Part shown: piece after piece, positions 1 through 9,248 of the stretch
Layout of the letters: each line of letters starts with the position of its first letter
Numbering within the stretch: position 1 is the stretch's first letter
Origin: a virus
Lineage: Duplodnaviria > Caudoviricetes
Virus record (IMG/VR): IMGVR_UViG_3300042881_004206
Strand: one strand, 5' to 3'
DNA length: 64,000 nucleotides
Translations under genes and position numbers: made by a program
The notes under the pieces: generated by a model
Told to the model about the DNA's origin: nothing
What the model saw: only the letters and a program-made list of their open reading frames with translations
Databases searched by the model: none

Positions 1-1
1 C

Positions 2-238
2 ATGGGTCCTATGGATGGTCTGGACGCTAATGACGTTAAACGTTATATCCGGTATATTGCTGATCGTCGCCTTATCAGCCTTGGCCTTAAAGGAATTATG
101 AAAGTCAAAAAGAATCCATTGCCTTGGGTTGAAGAAATGATTAATGCACCAACACATACAAATTTTTTCGAAAACCGCGCTACAGATTATGCCAAGGGAG
201 CATTGACTGGCGATTGGGGTGATGTTTGGGCTAACTAA
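2..238 (+). CDS. nrdB: Ribonucleotide reductase class Ia beta subunit, C-terminal part (truncated by window start)
   Basis: KRYIRYIADRRL...NPLPW...HTNFFENRATDY is the typical NrdB C-terminus. Confidence 0.92.
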   Translation: MGPMDGLDANDVKRYIRYIADRRLISLGLKGIMKVKKNPLPWVEEMINAPTHTNFFENRATDYAKGALTGDWGDVWAN

Positions 239-247
239 GGAGAAAAA

Positions 248-433
248 ATGAATAAGTCAGTAACCGGAGAATGTCTCAATTGCGAATCATCATTCGATGT
301 AGCATACAGAGAAGAATTTGTTTCTGAAGAATACCCCCAGTTTTGCCCTTTTTGTGGCGAAGCCATCGATGAATTGTCCGAAGAATATATAGAGGATGAC
401 GATTCTGATGATGATGGAGACAAATGGAACTAA
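248..433 (+). CDS. Small Zn-ribbon protein with acidic tail
   Basis: CxxC...CPFCG motifs; AGGAG SD upstream. Confidence 0.75.
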   Translation: MNKSVTGECLNCESSFDVAYREEFVSEEYPQFCPFCGEAIDELSEEYIEDDDSDDDGDKWN

Positions 434-834
434 ACTGGACTCATAAAGATAAAAATTTTACAGAAGAAGAAATAAAAGAAAATTATGGTTTTGTTTATTG
501 TATAACAAATCTATTAACAAACAAAAAATATATCGGAAAAAAATTCTTTTATTCTTCAAAAACAAAACAAGTAAAAGGTAAAAAAAAGAAAATAAAAGTA
601 TTCAGTGATTGGCTGATATACTATGGTTCAAACGCAGAACTATTAAATGATGTGAATCAACTAGGAAAAGAAAACTTCAAAAGAGAAATAATTCATTTAT
701 GTAAAACTAAAGGTGAATGTGGTTATTTGGAAGCAAAAGAACAATTCACAAATTGTGTTTTAGAAAATGATAATTATTATAATACATGGATTATGGTTAG
801 AGTGAGAAAATCACACATCAGAGGATTAAGATGA
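424..834 (+). CDS. GIY-YIG family endonuclease (Seg-like)
   Basis: GFVYCITNLLTNKKYIGKK = GIY-(X10)-YIG motif; conserved E and N in the C-terminal half. Confidence 0.85.
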   Translation: MELNWTHKDKNFTEEEIKENYGFVYCITNLLTNKKYIGKKFFYSSKTKQVKGKKKKIKVFSDWLIYYGSNAELLNDVNQLGKENFKREIIHLCKTKGECGYLEAKEQFTNCVLENDNYYNTWIMVRVRKSHIRGLR

Positions 835-1169
835 TAGAACCTTTTAAACAAATTTCTTCAGATTTCGATGTTTTATTTTTTTTACCACATGAAGAAAGTG
901 ATAAAGTGCATATTGAAGCTGCAAGATATGGAAAAAAAGGAAAACTTGTAGATGATAGCAATATTGGACCGACCTGGCACATCATTCTTTTCAAAACCGA
1001 CGAAAATGGTATAAAAGATAAAGATGTGTTTGAAGCAATATTTTCAGATCCGAGGGAATATGTTTCAAATTTAATACCACAAGATTGGTATGGGTTTGTT
1101 GCGAAAAAAACAACAACTTCAAAAAAATTTGTCAAAGAAGCTATTGACAGAATAGATAAAATCTACTAA
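831..1169 (+). CDS. Hypothetical protein
   Basis: ATGA-coupled ORF within a co-oriented operon. Confidence 0.7.
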   Translation: MIEPFKQISSDFDVLFFLPHEESDKVHIEAARYGKKGKLVDDSNIGPTWHIILFKTDENGIKDKDVFEAIFSDPREYVSNLIPQDWYGFVAKKTTTSKKFVKEAIDRIDKIY

Positions 1170-1198
1170 AATATGTGAGTCTATATTTTAAAGAGAGA

Positions 1199-2062
1199 AT
1201 GATCATGATTTTGGTTGATTTGAATCAAGTGTTGTTGTCCGGTCTTATGGCACAAATTTCTTCACAAAAAGGTGTCAAGTTGGACGAAAATCTCATTCGA
1301 CATATGATACTGAATATTCTCCGTACACATCTAAAAAATTTTAGAAATGAATATGGTGAAGTTGTTTTATGTTGCGATAACAAGAAATACTGGAGAAAAG
1401 AATTTTTTCCATTTTACAAAGCTGGTCGAAAGAAAAATCGAGAAAAGTCCGATTTGGATTGGCATTCAATTTTTAACATGTTGGCGAAGTTCAAAGATGA
1501 ACTGCGTGAAAACATGCCATATAAAGTGATTGATGTTGAAGGTGCGGAAGCTGATGATATTATAGGTACACTTGCACCAAGAAGTGTCGCACATGAAAAT
1601 GTTTTGATTATTTCCAGTGATGGTGACTTTTTGCAATTGCAAAGATATAACAATGATAAATTTAAAATCAAACAATATAATCCAGCAATGAAAAAATTCA
1701 TTCTTTCGGATAATCCGTTGATTGAATTGAAAGAGAAAATTATTCGTGGCGATAAAGGAGATGGTATTCCTAATATAGTTTCATCTGCTGATTGTTTTGT
1801 TCGTGATATCCGGCAAACACCAATAAATAAAACAAAATTGGAAAAGTTTTTGAATGAAGATGCTTCACAATATATTTCTGAAGCACAAGTCGGATTTTCC
1901 AGAAATCAAACTCTAATTGACCTATCCTTTACGCCCGTTGCAATCAAAGATAAAATCATAAATAATTACATAGAAGCAAAGCCGGTTGCGAGATCGAAGA
2001 TTTTAAATTACTTTATTGCAAATAAACTTAAAAACTTAATAGAGGTGATTGAGGAATTTTAA
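1199..2062 (+). CDS. rnh: T4-like RNase H / 5'-3' flap exonuclease
   Basis: ILVDLNQ, YWRKEFFPFYKAGR, EADDIIG, SSDGDFLQL and GDKGDGIPN motifs. Confidence 0.95.
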   Translation: MIMILVDLNQVLLSGLMAQISSQKGVKLDENLIRHMILNILRTHLKNFRNEYGEVVLCCDNKKYWRKEFFPFYKAGRKKNREKSDLDWHSIFNMLAKFKDELRENMPYKVIDVEGAEADDIIGTLAPRSVAHENVLIISSDGDFLQLQRYNNDKFKIKQYNPAMKKFILSDNPLIELKEKIIRGDKGDGIPNIVSSADCFVRDIRQTPINKTKLEKFLNEDASQYISEAQVGFSRNQTLIDLSFTPVAIKDKIINNYIEAKPVARSKILNYFIANKLKNLIEVIEEF

Positions 2063-2487
2063 TGAAAAATATATATGAAATATTTGATGAATTTGAGAAA
2101 GCTAAAAATAAAAAAGAAAGAATGGATGTAATAGGAAATAATCTTTCCTCAACTCTTGTAAAAGTTTTAGAACTATGTTTCCATCCACAGTATCAATGGA
2201 TGATTAGTGAACTGCCAGAAAATTATAAAATACCTACCGATATTTTACCAGGAATTACTTTCGATAATTTAAATTCTCAATTGCGGAGACTCTATTTGTT
2301 TAGAGTTGGAGATGCAACAGCAGAATCTCTGTCCAACGATAAAAGAAATCAAATCCTTACTCAAATGTTAGAATCAATTGAACCGCGTGAAGTTGAAATT
2401 ATTTTAGGAATCTTTAGAAAAGATTTTGGCATAAAGGGCTTGGACTATAAATTTGTAAAAGAAGCCTTTCCAAATCTTTTACCATGA
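2062..2487 (+). CDS. Conserved T4-like hypothetical protein (usually next to rnh)
   Basis: Coupled to rnh; FxxxLESI...E..IL...KD...KG pattern recalled from T4-like phages. Confidence 0.75.
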   Translation: MKNIYEIFDEFEKAKNKKERMDVIGNNLSSTLVKVLELCFHPQYQWMISELPENYKIPTDILPGITFDNLNSQLRRLYLFRVGDATAESLSNDKRNQILTQMLESIEPREVEIILGIFRKDFGIKGLDYKFVKEAFPNLLP

Positions 2488-2870
2488 CAACGAAAAAAGA
2501 AAAAATTGTTGTAGTATCCGGAGAATTTGATTCAATATCATTGGAGGAATTAAATTTTCTAAAAAAGTGTAGGAAAAAAGGCGATTGGTTAATTGTTGGT
2601 TTACACTCTGATAATTTTTTAGAACTTTGTCGCGGTGGATTTACATTAAACTTTCACCGGCGCAAACAAATATTAGAAAGTATCAGATATATTAGTGAAA
2701 TATTTGAATTTGACGATTCAGATGGTACCGTTTGCAATCTACTAAAATTAGTAAAAATTTGTTATCCTAATTCCGAATTACTTTACATTTCAAATGAGGA
2801 TATGCACAATATGCCAGAAACAAAAATACGTGGCATTACTTTTGAAGTCATAAAACTAGGAGATTTTTAA
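2484..2870 (+). CDS. Cytidylyltransferase-like (HIGH-family) protein with degenerate active site
   Basis: VVVSGEFD...FLKKCRKKGDWLIVGLHSD...RRKQILESIRYI fits the CTP_transf_like fold; HxGH replaced by SLEE. Confidence 0.75.
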   Translation: MTTKKEKIVVVSGEFDSISLEELNFLKKCRKKGDWLIVGLHSDNFLELCRGGFTLNFHRRKQILESIRYISEIFEFDDSDGTVCNLLKLVKICYPNSELLYISNEDMHNMPETKIRGITFEVIKLGDF

Positions 2871-3083
2871 GTGTCTAAATTTTTAGGTAAGTTTCGAAAA
2901 CATAAAGATTATAATGATGATTATGGTTTTTCAAATAAAAAAAGAAATCGAGATGAACACTCTGAAATTAAAAAGATAAAAAATCACAATTATGATGAGT
3001 TATTGAAAATTTATGAAGAAGAAGATAACTATTATGGAGATTATACAAAATCCAGTCGAAAAAACGGAAGAAGAACTGCTTAG
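2871..3083 (+). CDS. Hypothetical basic/acidic protein
   Basis: GTG start with GGAG SD. Confidence 0.65.
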   Translation: MSKFLGKFRKHKDYNDDYGFSNKKRNRDEHSEIKKIKNHNYDELLKIYEEEDNYYGDYTKSSRKNGRRTA

Positions 3084-3084
3084 T

Positions 3085-3136
3085 GTTGTAAAAAAACAAC
3101 TGTCATATTGACACAAACTCAAAAAATGAGTACAAT
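3085..3136 (+). promoter_or_regulatory. GTTG-N8-CAAC box plus sigma70 promoter (TTGACA-17-TACAAT)
   Basis: gttgtaaaaaaacaac 3085-3100; TTGACA 3108; TACAAT 3131. Confidence 0.8.
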
Positions 3137-3159
3137 ACAAACTCCACTTCAATTAGGAG

Positions 3160-3534
3160 TTGTTTATGATGATCTATACAAGGATTCCTAAATCCAAAAA
3201 AAGAAATAAACCCAAAGCTGAGCGCGAACAATACGAAAATTGGCTGAAGTCACATCAGACTGCACAAAAATTCATCAATATTACTGTCAAAAAGACAGAA
3301 ATTAAGAGTGTTACACTAAAACCTGAAAAGAAAATCGATTCTCTTAACGATTGGGTTACAGGACCACTAACAAAAACAGGAATCATGAGGGATTATCATC
3401 GCCTTTCACCCTCGGATCGTGAAAAAATCGATTCAATCAGTAAGTCCGTAGCGCCTCTACATAAAAGTAACTATGTTTACGTGTCTGAGGGTATGAATCC
3501 TGCCTCTTTGGGTAGAAAAAATGAAGTTCTTTGA
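3160..3534 (+). CDS. Hypothetical protein
   Basis: Follows promoter and AGGAG SD; exact start uncertain (3160/3166). Confidence 0.7.
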   Translation: MFMMIYTRIPKSKKRNKPKAEREQYENWLKSHQTAQKFINITVKKTEIKSVTLKPEKKIDSLNDWVTGPLTKTGIMRDYHRLSPSDREKIDSISKSVAPLHKSNYVYVSEGMNPASLGRKNEVL

Positions 3535-3767
3535 TAGAAAGAAAGTATTTTATGCGTGAAGATGAATATTTTGTTAATTCCGACACAATAAATTCGGAAA
3601 ATAATCCCTGGAAAAGTCTGGAAAGTGTTGTTCGTTCTTGGGCATCATTGTCTGGACACGAAAAAGATCAAAATCAGTATGAAACTACAAAAAATAACTA
3701 CAACAAGAGTTATACTTCATACGTCGAAGAAGCCGATGATGTTGTAAAAAAACAACAATCCGAATAA
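3531..3767 (+). CDS. Hypothetical protein
   Basis: Coupled ORF; start may be ATG 3552. Confidence 0.6.
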   Translation: MIERKYFMREDEYFVNSDTINSENNPWKSLESVVRSWASLSGHEKDQNQYETTKNNYNKSYTSYVEEADDVVKKQQSE

Positions 3768-3801
3768 TTTATTTGATTTACTGTAAAAGTTGTGTTAGAA
3801 T
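3741..3801 (+). promoter_or_regulatory. GTTG-N8-CAAC box plus sigma70 promoter (TTGATT-17-TAGAAT) for the CobT-like gene
   Basis: gttgtaaaaaaacaac 3741-3756; -35 at 3773; -10 at 3796. Confidence 0.65.
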
Positions 3802-3825
3802 TCTTTCTCAATACAGGAGAAATCA

Positions 3826-5952
3826 ATGAGTTTAGTCGATTCTAAGTCTATTTTGGCCAAATTGATGGCCACTGAGAATTTAATAATTGAACAAAAGAAT
3901 GTTACTACCGCATCTTTTGATGTAAGAAACCGAATTCTAACTGTTCCAATTCTGGACAACAACATTTCATCCAACTTATATGATCTGTTTATGGGTCATG
4001 AAGTTGGTCACGCACTCTATACACCTCTTGAGGGTATGTTGCAAGCCCGTAAAGATAATCTTCAATCGAGTATCGTGAATGTAGTTGAAGATGCTCGTAT
4101 CGAAAGAAAGATTAAGTCGCGTTATCCTGGTTTGAAAAATTCATTTTTAAAAGGTTATAAAGAATTAAATGACCGCGATTTTTTCGAGACAAAGAATAAA
4201 AATCTCAACTTCATGAATTTTATTGATAGGATTAATCTTCATTTTAAATGTGGTGTTAATTCTGGTATTAAATTTAATGAAGAAGAACGAAATTTACTCA
4301 GAGAAGTTGAAATCACAGAAACTTTTGATGATGTAATTTCGGTTTCAAAGAAAATTATCGATTACATGAAGACTCAACAAGAAGAAAACAAAAAAATTCG
4401 AAAGTCTTCTGATGATTTTATGGATGACTTCGATGATTCCATTAATGGCGACATGCCATTTGATGATTATGAACAAGAAGAATATGATGGATCAAATGAA
4501 TCGGAAGATTCTATAGCAGAACCATCTGAGGATTCAAATGATATTGGTGATTCGAATCTTGAAGATGAAGATGATAGAGATGACTCAACATCTGGTGGAT
4601 ATTCTTCCGATGATGCGATTAAATCTTTTACTGACGAAGCCTATCGCAAAAACGAAAGTCAGCTTTTTGCTGATAAAGATATTTCGTACAAATATATTAA
4701 TATTCCAAAAGTAGAAACAGAAAAAACCATTCTTGATTATAAAATTCTTTACAAGAATTATAAAGAAGAAGGTTTTGGTTCCGCAAAGAGAAAATTTATT
4801 GAATATCGGCGCGAGTCGAATCGTGTTGTATCATATTTGGTAAAAGAATTTGAAATGCGTAAAAACGCAGAACAACTGAAACGTTCTAGTACCGCAAAAA
4901 CCGGTGATTTGGATCTAAACAAGATTTTTTCATATCAATTCAATGAAGATATTTTTAAGAAAATTACAGTTGTTCCTGGTGGCAAATCACATGGGCTGGT
5001 GATGTTTTTGGATTGGTCTGGTTCAATGTCCGTACATATTGGCAATACAGTAAAACAGTTATTAAATTTGGTTTTCTTTTGCAAAAAAGTAAATATTCCA
5101 TTTGAGGTCTACAGTTTCGTTGGTGATAGAGGTAATCACTGCAACTTTATTCAAAACCCAAAAACAGGAGATTTTCATATTGATGATTTCTATTTGGCGA
5201 ACATTCTCTCCAGCAGAATGAGTGCGTCCGAATTCATTGAAGCCGGAGGCGTTTTGATGAATATTTCCGGAATAGGAAACTACACCTATAGTGGTTGTGG
5301 TCCTTCGTGGTTGAAAATGTGTGGAACTCCTCTGAATGAATCCATCATTTGTGCAATGGAAATTGTTCCAGAATTTCAGAAAAAATATAAATTGCAAATT
5401 GTAAATACTATTATTCTAACTGATGGTGACAGTAATTATATTTCGGAATATTTTAATTCCGATTTGAAACCAGAACAAATTGATAGTAGATATTTCCGTG
5501 AAAACATTACGGATATTGTTATAGTTGATCCCGTAACAAAGAATCAGGAAAAATATAAAAATGTTTATCACAGACGTGCCTGGTTGCAAACAAATGCTTT
5601 GATTTCTCTTTTCAAAAAAAGAACCAATTCGAATGTAATTGGTTTCTATGTTACAACACAAAGAGAACTTATGCAGAATATTAATAAATTTTTTGGCTCA
5701 ATTCAAAATAATAATGAGCTCGAAAACATTAAAAGTAAATTCCGTAAAGAAAAATTTATTGTAGTTGACACAACTGAATTTAGTGATTATTATGTACTTC
5801 GTTCCAACTCTCTAAATACGGAAGAAGATGCAGATTTTGTAGTAAAAGAAAATGTCACACGCCGTGGTTTAGTTTCGGCATTTTCCAAATATGCAAGCGC
5901 TCGAGTTAATAACCGAGTAATTTTAAATCGTTTTATTGGTCTTATCACATGA
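3826..5952 (+). CDS. CobT-like protein: HExxH peptidase-like N-domain, acidic linker, vWA domain
   Basis: GHEVGHALYT, NVVEDARIE, acidic stretch, LDWSGSM (MIDAS DxSxS), GTPL, ILTDG. Confidence 0.88.
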   Translation: MSLVDSKSILAKLMATENLIIEQKNVTTASFDVRNRILTVPILDNNISSNLYDLFMGHEVGHALYTPLEGMLQARKDNLQSSIVNVVEDARIERKIKSRYPGLKNSFLKGYKELNDRDFFETKNKNLNFMNFIDRINLHFKCGVNSGIKFNEEERNLLREVEITETFDDVISVSKKIIDYMKTQQEENKKIRKSSDDFMDDFDDSINGDMPFDDYEQEEYDGSNESEDSIAEPSEDSNDIGDSNLEDEDDRDDSTSGGYSSDDAIKSFTDEAYRKNESQLFADKDISYKYINIPKVETEKTILDYKILYKNYKEEGFGSAKRKFIEYRRESNRVVSYLVKEFEMRKNAEQLKRSSTAKTGDLDLNKIFSYQFNEDIFKKITVVPGGKSHGLVMFLDWSGSMSVHIGNTVKQLLNLVFFCKKVNIPFEVYSFVGDRGNHCNFIQNPKTGDFHIDDFYLANILSSRMSASEFIEAGGVLMNISGIGNYTYSGCGPSWLKMCGTPLNESIICAMEIVPEFQKKYKLQIVNTIILTDGDSNYISEYFNSDLKPEQIDSRYFRENITDIVIVDPVTKNQEKYKNVYHRRAWLQTNALISLFKKRTNSNVIGFYVTTQRELMQNINKFFGSIQNNNELENIKSKFRKEKFIVVDTTEFSDYYVLRSNSLNTEEDADFVVKENVTRRGLVSAFSKYASARVNNRVILNRFIGLIT

Positions 5953-5961
5953 GGATGCTAT

Positions 5962-6177
5962 ATGACTTCACAATGTTATGAATCTGGTGACAGAAAAGCA
6001 ACAGTCAATTTGATTGAATCGAACTGGGACTCCCGACACAGTAAATGGGAGGTTACTTTCTTCATTAGAGGTCGAATTATTGAAAAACGCACGGTTACAT
6101 CATTTGATCAAGCTGAAATTGTAGCTGAAACTTTCGTTGAAGGATTTGATGCAAGTAAGGTGTTGTTAAATGAATAA
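5962..6177 (+). CDS. Hypothetical protein
   Basis: GAGG SD, co-oriented. Confidence 0.7.
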   Translation: MTSQCYESGDRKATVNLIESNWDSRHSKWEVTFFIRGRIIEKRTVTSFDQAEIVAETFVEGFDASKVLLNE

Positions 6178-6445
6178 TCAAGTGAAAGAAATCTTCTGTA
6201 TCACACAAGAAGAATGTGCCGAAGTCTCTCAAGCAATTTCCAAAGTTTTTAGATTTGGTATCGATTCTACTCATCCCATTACAAACAAAACGAATCAACA
6301 ATCATTAGAAGAAGAAGTTGGTGATTTACTGGCTATGATTGATATTATGGTTGAAAAGTGTGTTGTATCCGATACGAATATTAATGTTGCTCGAAAAGCG
6401 AAAAGAGAGAAGTTGAAAAAATGGTCCTCAATACAAGGACTTTAA
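6170..6445 (+). CDS. MazG-like nucleotide pyrophosphohydrolase
   Basis: EECAEVSQAISK...LEEEVGDLL all-alpha NTP-PPase motif. Confidence 0.85.
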   Translation: MNNQVKEIFCITQEECAEVSQAISKVFRFGIDSTHPITNKTNQQSLEEEVGDLLAMIDIMVEKCVVSDTNINVARKAKREKLKKWSSIQGL

Positions 6446-6473
6446 TACATTTAACATAAATTAAGGAGATAAA

Positions 6474-7460
6474 ATGAAAAAACTATTTGTGACACTACTG
6501 GCAGCATTTGCTGTTTCAGCACAAGCACAAGTGAATGGAGCAGGCGCAACATTTCCTGCACCATTGTACGCCAAGTGGGCTGATGCTTACAATAAAGAAA
6601 CTGGAATTAGAATTAATTATCAAAGTGTTGGCTCTGGCGCAGGTATTAAACAAATTGAAGGTCGCACTGTAGTATTTGGTGCGAGTGATATGCCATTGAC
6701 TGATGATAGACTCAAGACTATGGAAGTTATGCAATTTCCAACTGTAATTGGTGGAGTTGTTCCCGTAGTTAATTTGAAAACTGTACAGCCAGGACAAATG
6801 CGTTTGACTGGCACAGTTCTTGCCGACATTTATCTCGGTAAGATTACAAGATGGAATGATGCAGCAATTAAAGCTTTGAATCCTAATTTGAATCTTCCGG
6901 ACGAAACAATCATGCCAGTCCGTAGAGCTGACGGCTCAGGCACAACATTTATTTGGACAAATTATCTAAGTAAAGTTTCCAAAGATTGGAAAGAGCAAGT
7001 TGGTGAGGGCACGGCTGTAAACTGGAGAGTTGGTGCTGGTGGTAAAGGTAATGAAGGTGTAAGTGCATTGGTCCGCCAATTGCCAGGAAGTATTGGTTAT
7101 GTTGAGTATGCATATGTGAAACAAGCCAAGATGAATTGGGTTCAAGTTCAGAACCGTGAAGGTACATGGGTAACACCTGATGACCTAACATTCAAGGCTG
7201 CAGCTGCTGGTGCAGACTGGAATAAATCCTTCTATCAAATCCTGACCGACCAACCAGGAAAGAATAGCTGGCCAATTACCGGTGCAACTTTCATCATTAT
7301 GCCACTCAAGAGTTCTGATCCGGCAAAAGCACAAGAAGCCATCAAATTCTTCTTGTGGTCCTTTGAAAAGGGTGATAAAATGGCCGAAGAACTGGACTAT
7401 GTGCCCATGGCAGACAGTGTGATTCCAAAGATTAAGGCTGAGTTGGCAAAAATCAAATAA
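6474..7460 (+). CDS. pstS: Phosphate ABC transporter substrate-binding protein
   Basis: Signal peptide; GAGATFPAPLY, YQSVGSGAG, FGASD, RRADGSGTT, GKGNEGV, WPITGATF. Confidence 0.97.
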   Translation: MKKLFVTLLAAFAVSAQAQVNGAGATFPAPLYAKWADAYNKETGIRINYQSVGSGAGIKQIEGRTVVFGASDMPLTDDRLKTMEVMQFPTVIGGVVPVVNLKTVQPGQMRLTGTVLADIYLGKITRWNDAAIKALNPNLNLPDETIMPVRRADGSGTTFIWTNYLSKVSKDWKEQVGEGTAVNWRVGAGGKGNEGVSALVRQLPGSIGYVEYAYVKQAKMNWVQVQNREGTWVTPDDLTFKAAAAGADWNKSFYQILTDQPGKNSWPITGATFIIMPLKSSDPAKAQEAIKFFLWSFEKGDKMAEELDYVPMADSVIPKIKAELAKIK

Positions 7461-7469
7461 GGTAATATT

Positions 7470-7925
7470 ATGGACTATGATTATGAACGGTATTGTGAGA
7501 TTCTTCAGGCTTTCATGGAAACTTCATGGAGAGATCCAGATGATCTTATGATTGGTGTTGATATCTCTGATGATCCTGAAGTGAAAATCATTTTTGATGG
7601 TCATGGTGATTTGGAAGAAATGGATGAAAATGGTGAGTACAGATATGAAGAAGGTGGCGACAAGAATATGGAATCATACGCCATCTTCATTCACAAAGAC
7701 GCACTTACTGAGGGGTTTGTTTTCCCTGAACACGACCAAACTCCTTGGTGTCTCATCCATCGTCCTAAAGAAGAAGTTTGTTTATACACCTGGTATGACG
7801 TAAAGAATAATTCTTGGGAATTTCTACCACTAGAGGATAGATTGGATGAATCCAATACTATGACTATCGATATGGTTATGGAAATTCTAGAAGGTCTCTA
7901 CAAGAAGCATTATAATTATAACTGA
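7470..7925 (+). CDS. Hypothetical acidic protein
   Basis: AAGGT SD, directly after pstS. Confidence 0.7.
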   Translation: MDYDYERYCEILQAFMETSWRDPDDLMIGVDISDDPEVKIIFDGHGDLEEMDENGEYRYEEGGDKNMESYAIFIHKDALTEGFVFPEHDQTPWCLIHRPKEEVCLYTWYDVKNNSWEFLPLEDRLDESNTMTIDMVMEILEGLYKKHYNYN

Positions 7926-7954
7926 GTGTTTTCAAGCGCTTCCGGAGCTCTCCA

Positions 7955-8146
7955 ATGGAATCCAATACATTGCACAATTTCTTGATGATTTCTCTACCCG
8001 CACTGAATCTTTTTAGTTTCGTCTTGGGAATGCTCTATACACTTTCATCAATTTCCACAATTGGCAATCCAAAGAGTTTGTGGTTGCAAGTTGTGGGTTA
8101 TTTTATTGTCGTTGCGCTTTATTTTTATTTGCAGGTGAACTTATGA
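7955..8146 (+). CDS. Small membrane protein (2 predicted TM)
   Basis: Two hydrophobic segments. Confidence 0.55.
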   Translation: MESNTLHNFLMISLPALNLFSFVLGMLYTLSSISTIGNPKSLWLQVVGYFIVVALYFYLQVNL

Positions 8147-8364
8147 ATGAGAAAATTCAACAAATCCTTGATAGAAACACCATCGAATGCATGGGTGTTA
8201 AACAAGTTAATCATGATGCATTTGCTCGTGAGATTATACAAGAGTGTTTGAAAGCCGTTGAAATGACTCCCAAACACTTTGCATACACTTCATATGATTA
8301 CGGATTGATGAGTGCAACCATCAAAGCCAGTGTGATTTCAGTCAAAGAACATTTCAAACTTTAG
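8143..8364 (+). CDS. Hypothetical protein
   Basis: AGGTG SD before ATG 8143; FAREIIQEC pattern shared with ORF 20179. Confidence 0.65.
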   Translation: MNEKIQQILDRNTIECMGVKQVNHDAFAREIIQECLKAVEMTPKHFAYTSYDYGLMSATIKASVISVKEHFKL

Positions 8365-8380
8365 ACTGAAAGATAATTAT

Positions 8381-8605
8381 ATGAAAGACACCTGCAACTA
8401 CTGTGAAAGTGAAAATCTATCGGAAGTCTACTATGATATGAACTGTTCTATCTGTAGAAAGAGAATGTTTAAAACAGTGACTGAGACTTCTGACCATAAC
8501 GGCGAACCCAGTACTCAACTTCTGCAGGACTTGAAAGATTTTTTGTTTCCAAAAACCTCTCAAGGTCCGATTTATCGTCAGCGAAAAAGTAAATTCCGAC
8601 GATAA
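8381..8605 (+). CDS. Small Zn-finger-like protein
   Basis: CxxC...CxxC. Confidence 0.55.
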   Translation: MKDTCNYCESENLSEVYYDMNCSICRKRMFKTVTETSDHNGEPSTQLLQDLKDFLFPKTSQGPIYRQRKSKFRR

Positions 8606-8854
8606 GAAAAATGTAAGATAGTAAGAAAAAGATAATGAAACCCATTTGATAACTCCATATTAGTGTTTATACTAATATATAGTCAGGAATCATGGGAGCT
8701 CCGAGAAAAAAATTTTAGGATTACGAAAAGTAAAAAATCGAAATCCTCTTGGAGGGGCTGGAAAAATAAAAAATTGGAAAAAAGAGTTTGACCTGGTGGA
8801 GCTTTTTTAGCTAACGCCGCTCCCCATGGCCCCGCATCCTCCATCCAATAGTCG

Positions 8855-8879
8855 AAAAAAAGCAGAGCCGAAGCTCTGC
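8855..8879 (-). terminator. Intrinsic terminator, cUUCGg hairpin
   Basis: Minus strand GCAGAGC-TTCG-GCTCTGC followed by T7. Confidence 0.9.
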
Positions 8880-8884
8880 CGCTA

Positions 8885-9109
8885 TCAGCCTTGCCAGCGA
8901 GCAGCTCGCAGCGTCTGCTCAAGGCGTTCCATGGCAGCCGGACTCTGAGCCGCTACGGACTGCAGCACGCTTCGAATGTATCCAGTGGCGTATGCATAAG
9001 CATCACCGCGGTCGCTGGAATACTTTTCGCCTTTGGCCTTGACCAATTCCACCAGCTCATCGGTCAGCTTGTCTGCCAACTCATAGCGCTTATCGTATGC
9101 CTTGCTCAT
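8885..9109 (-). CDS. Early hypothetical protein
   Basis: Own promoter (9146-9173) and AAAGGA SD; terminator downstream. Confidence 0.8.
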   Translation of the reverse strand: MSKAYDKRYELADKLTDELVELVKAKGEKYSSDRGDAYAYATGYIRSVLQSVAAQSPAAMERLEQTLRAARWQG

Positions 9110-9145
9110 TTGCTTTCCTTTGTTTTACTGTTTACGATGGAATGC

Positions 9146-9173
9146 AGTGTACCAGAACCAAGGAGGATGGCAA
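9146..9173 (-). promoter_or_regulatory. sigma70 promoter TTGCCA-16-TACACT with extended -10
   Basis: Reverse complement ttgcca tcctccttggttctgg tacact. Confidence 0.8.
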
Positions 9174-9219
9174 CCATCCATGGAATACTTGACCTTTCCG
9201 GTGGTTCTTCGGTGGCTGG

Positions 9220-9248
9220 TTGCCTTGGAGTCGGGTTTGTGTTAGGCT
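9220..9248 (+). promoter_or_regulatory. Possible divergent/antisense promoter TTGCCT-17-TAGGCT
   Basis: Same 46-bp gap from the 9168-9173 -35 as the other two divergent pairs. Confidence 0.45.

Noticed and set aside
424-834. Mobile intron or intein around the GIY-YIG gene
   Set aside because: nrdB ends normally before it; the endonuclease is free-standing, with no group I or intein motifs seen.
3100-3113. Pho-box half site CTGTCAT at the 3108 promoter
   Set aside because: Single half site with no second copy 11 bp away; downstream genes have no phosphate link.
8683-8922. 79-aa minus-strand ORF
   Set aside because: Lies downstream of a strong terminator, across A-tract non-coding DNA; no SD.
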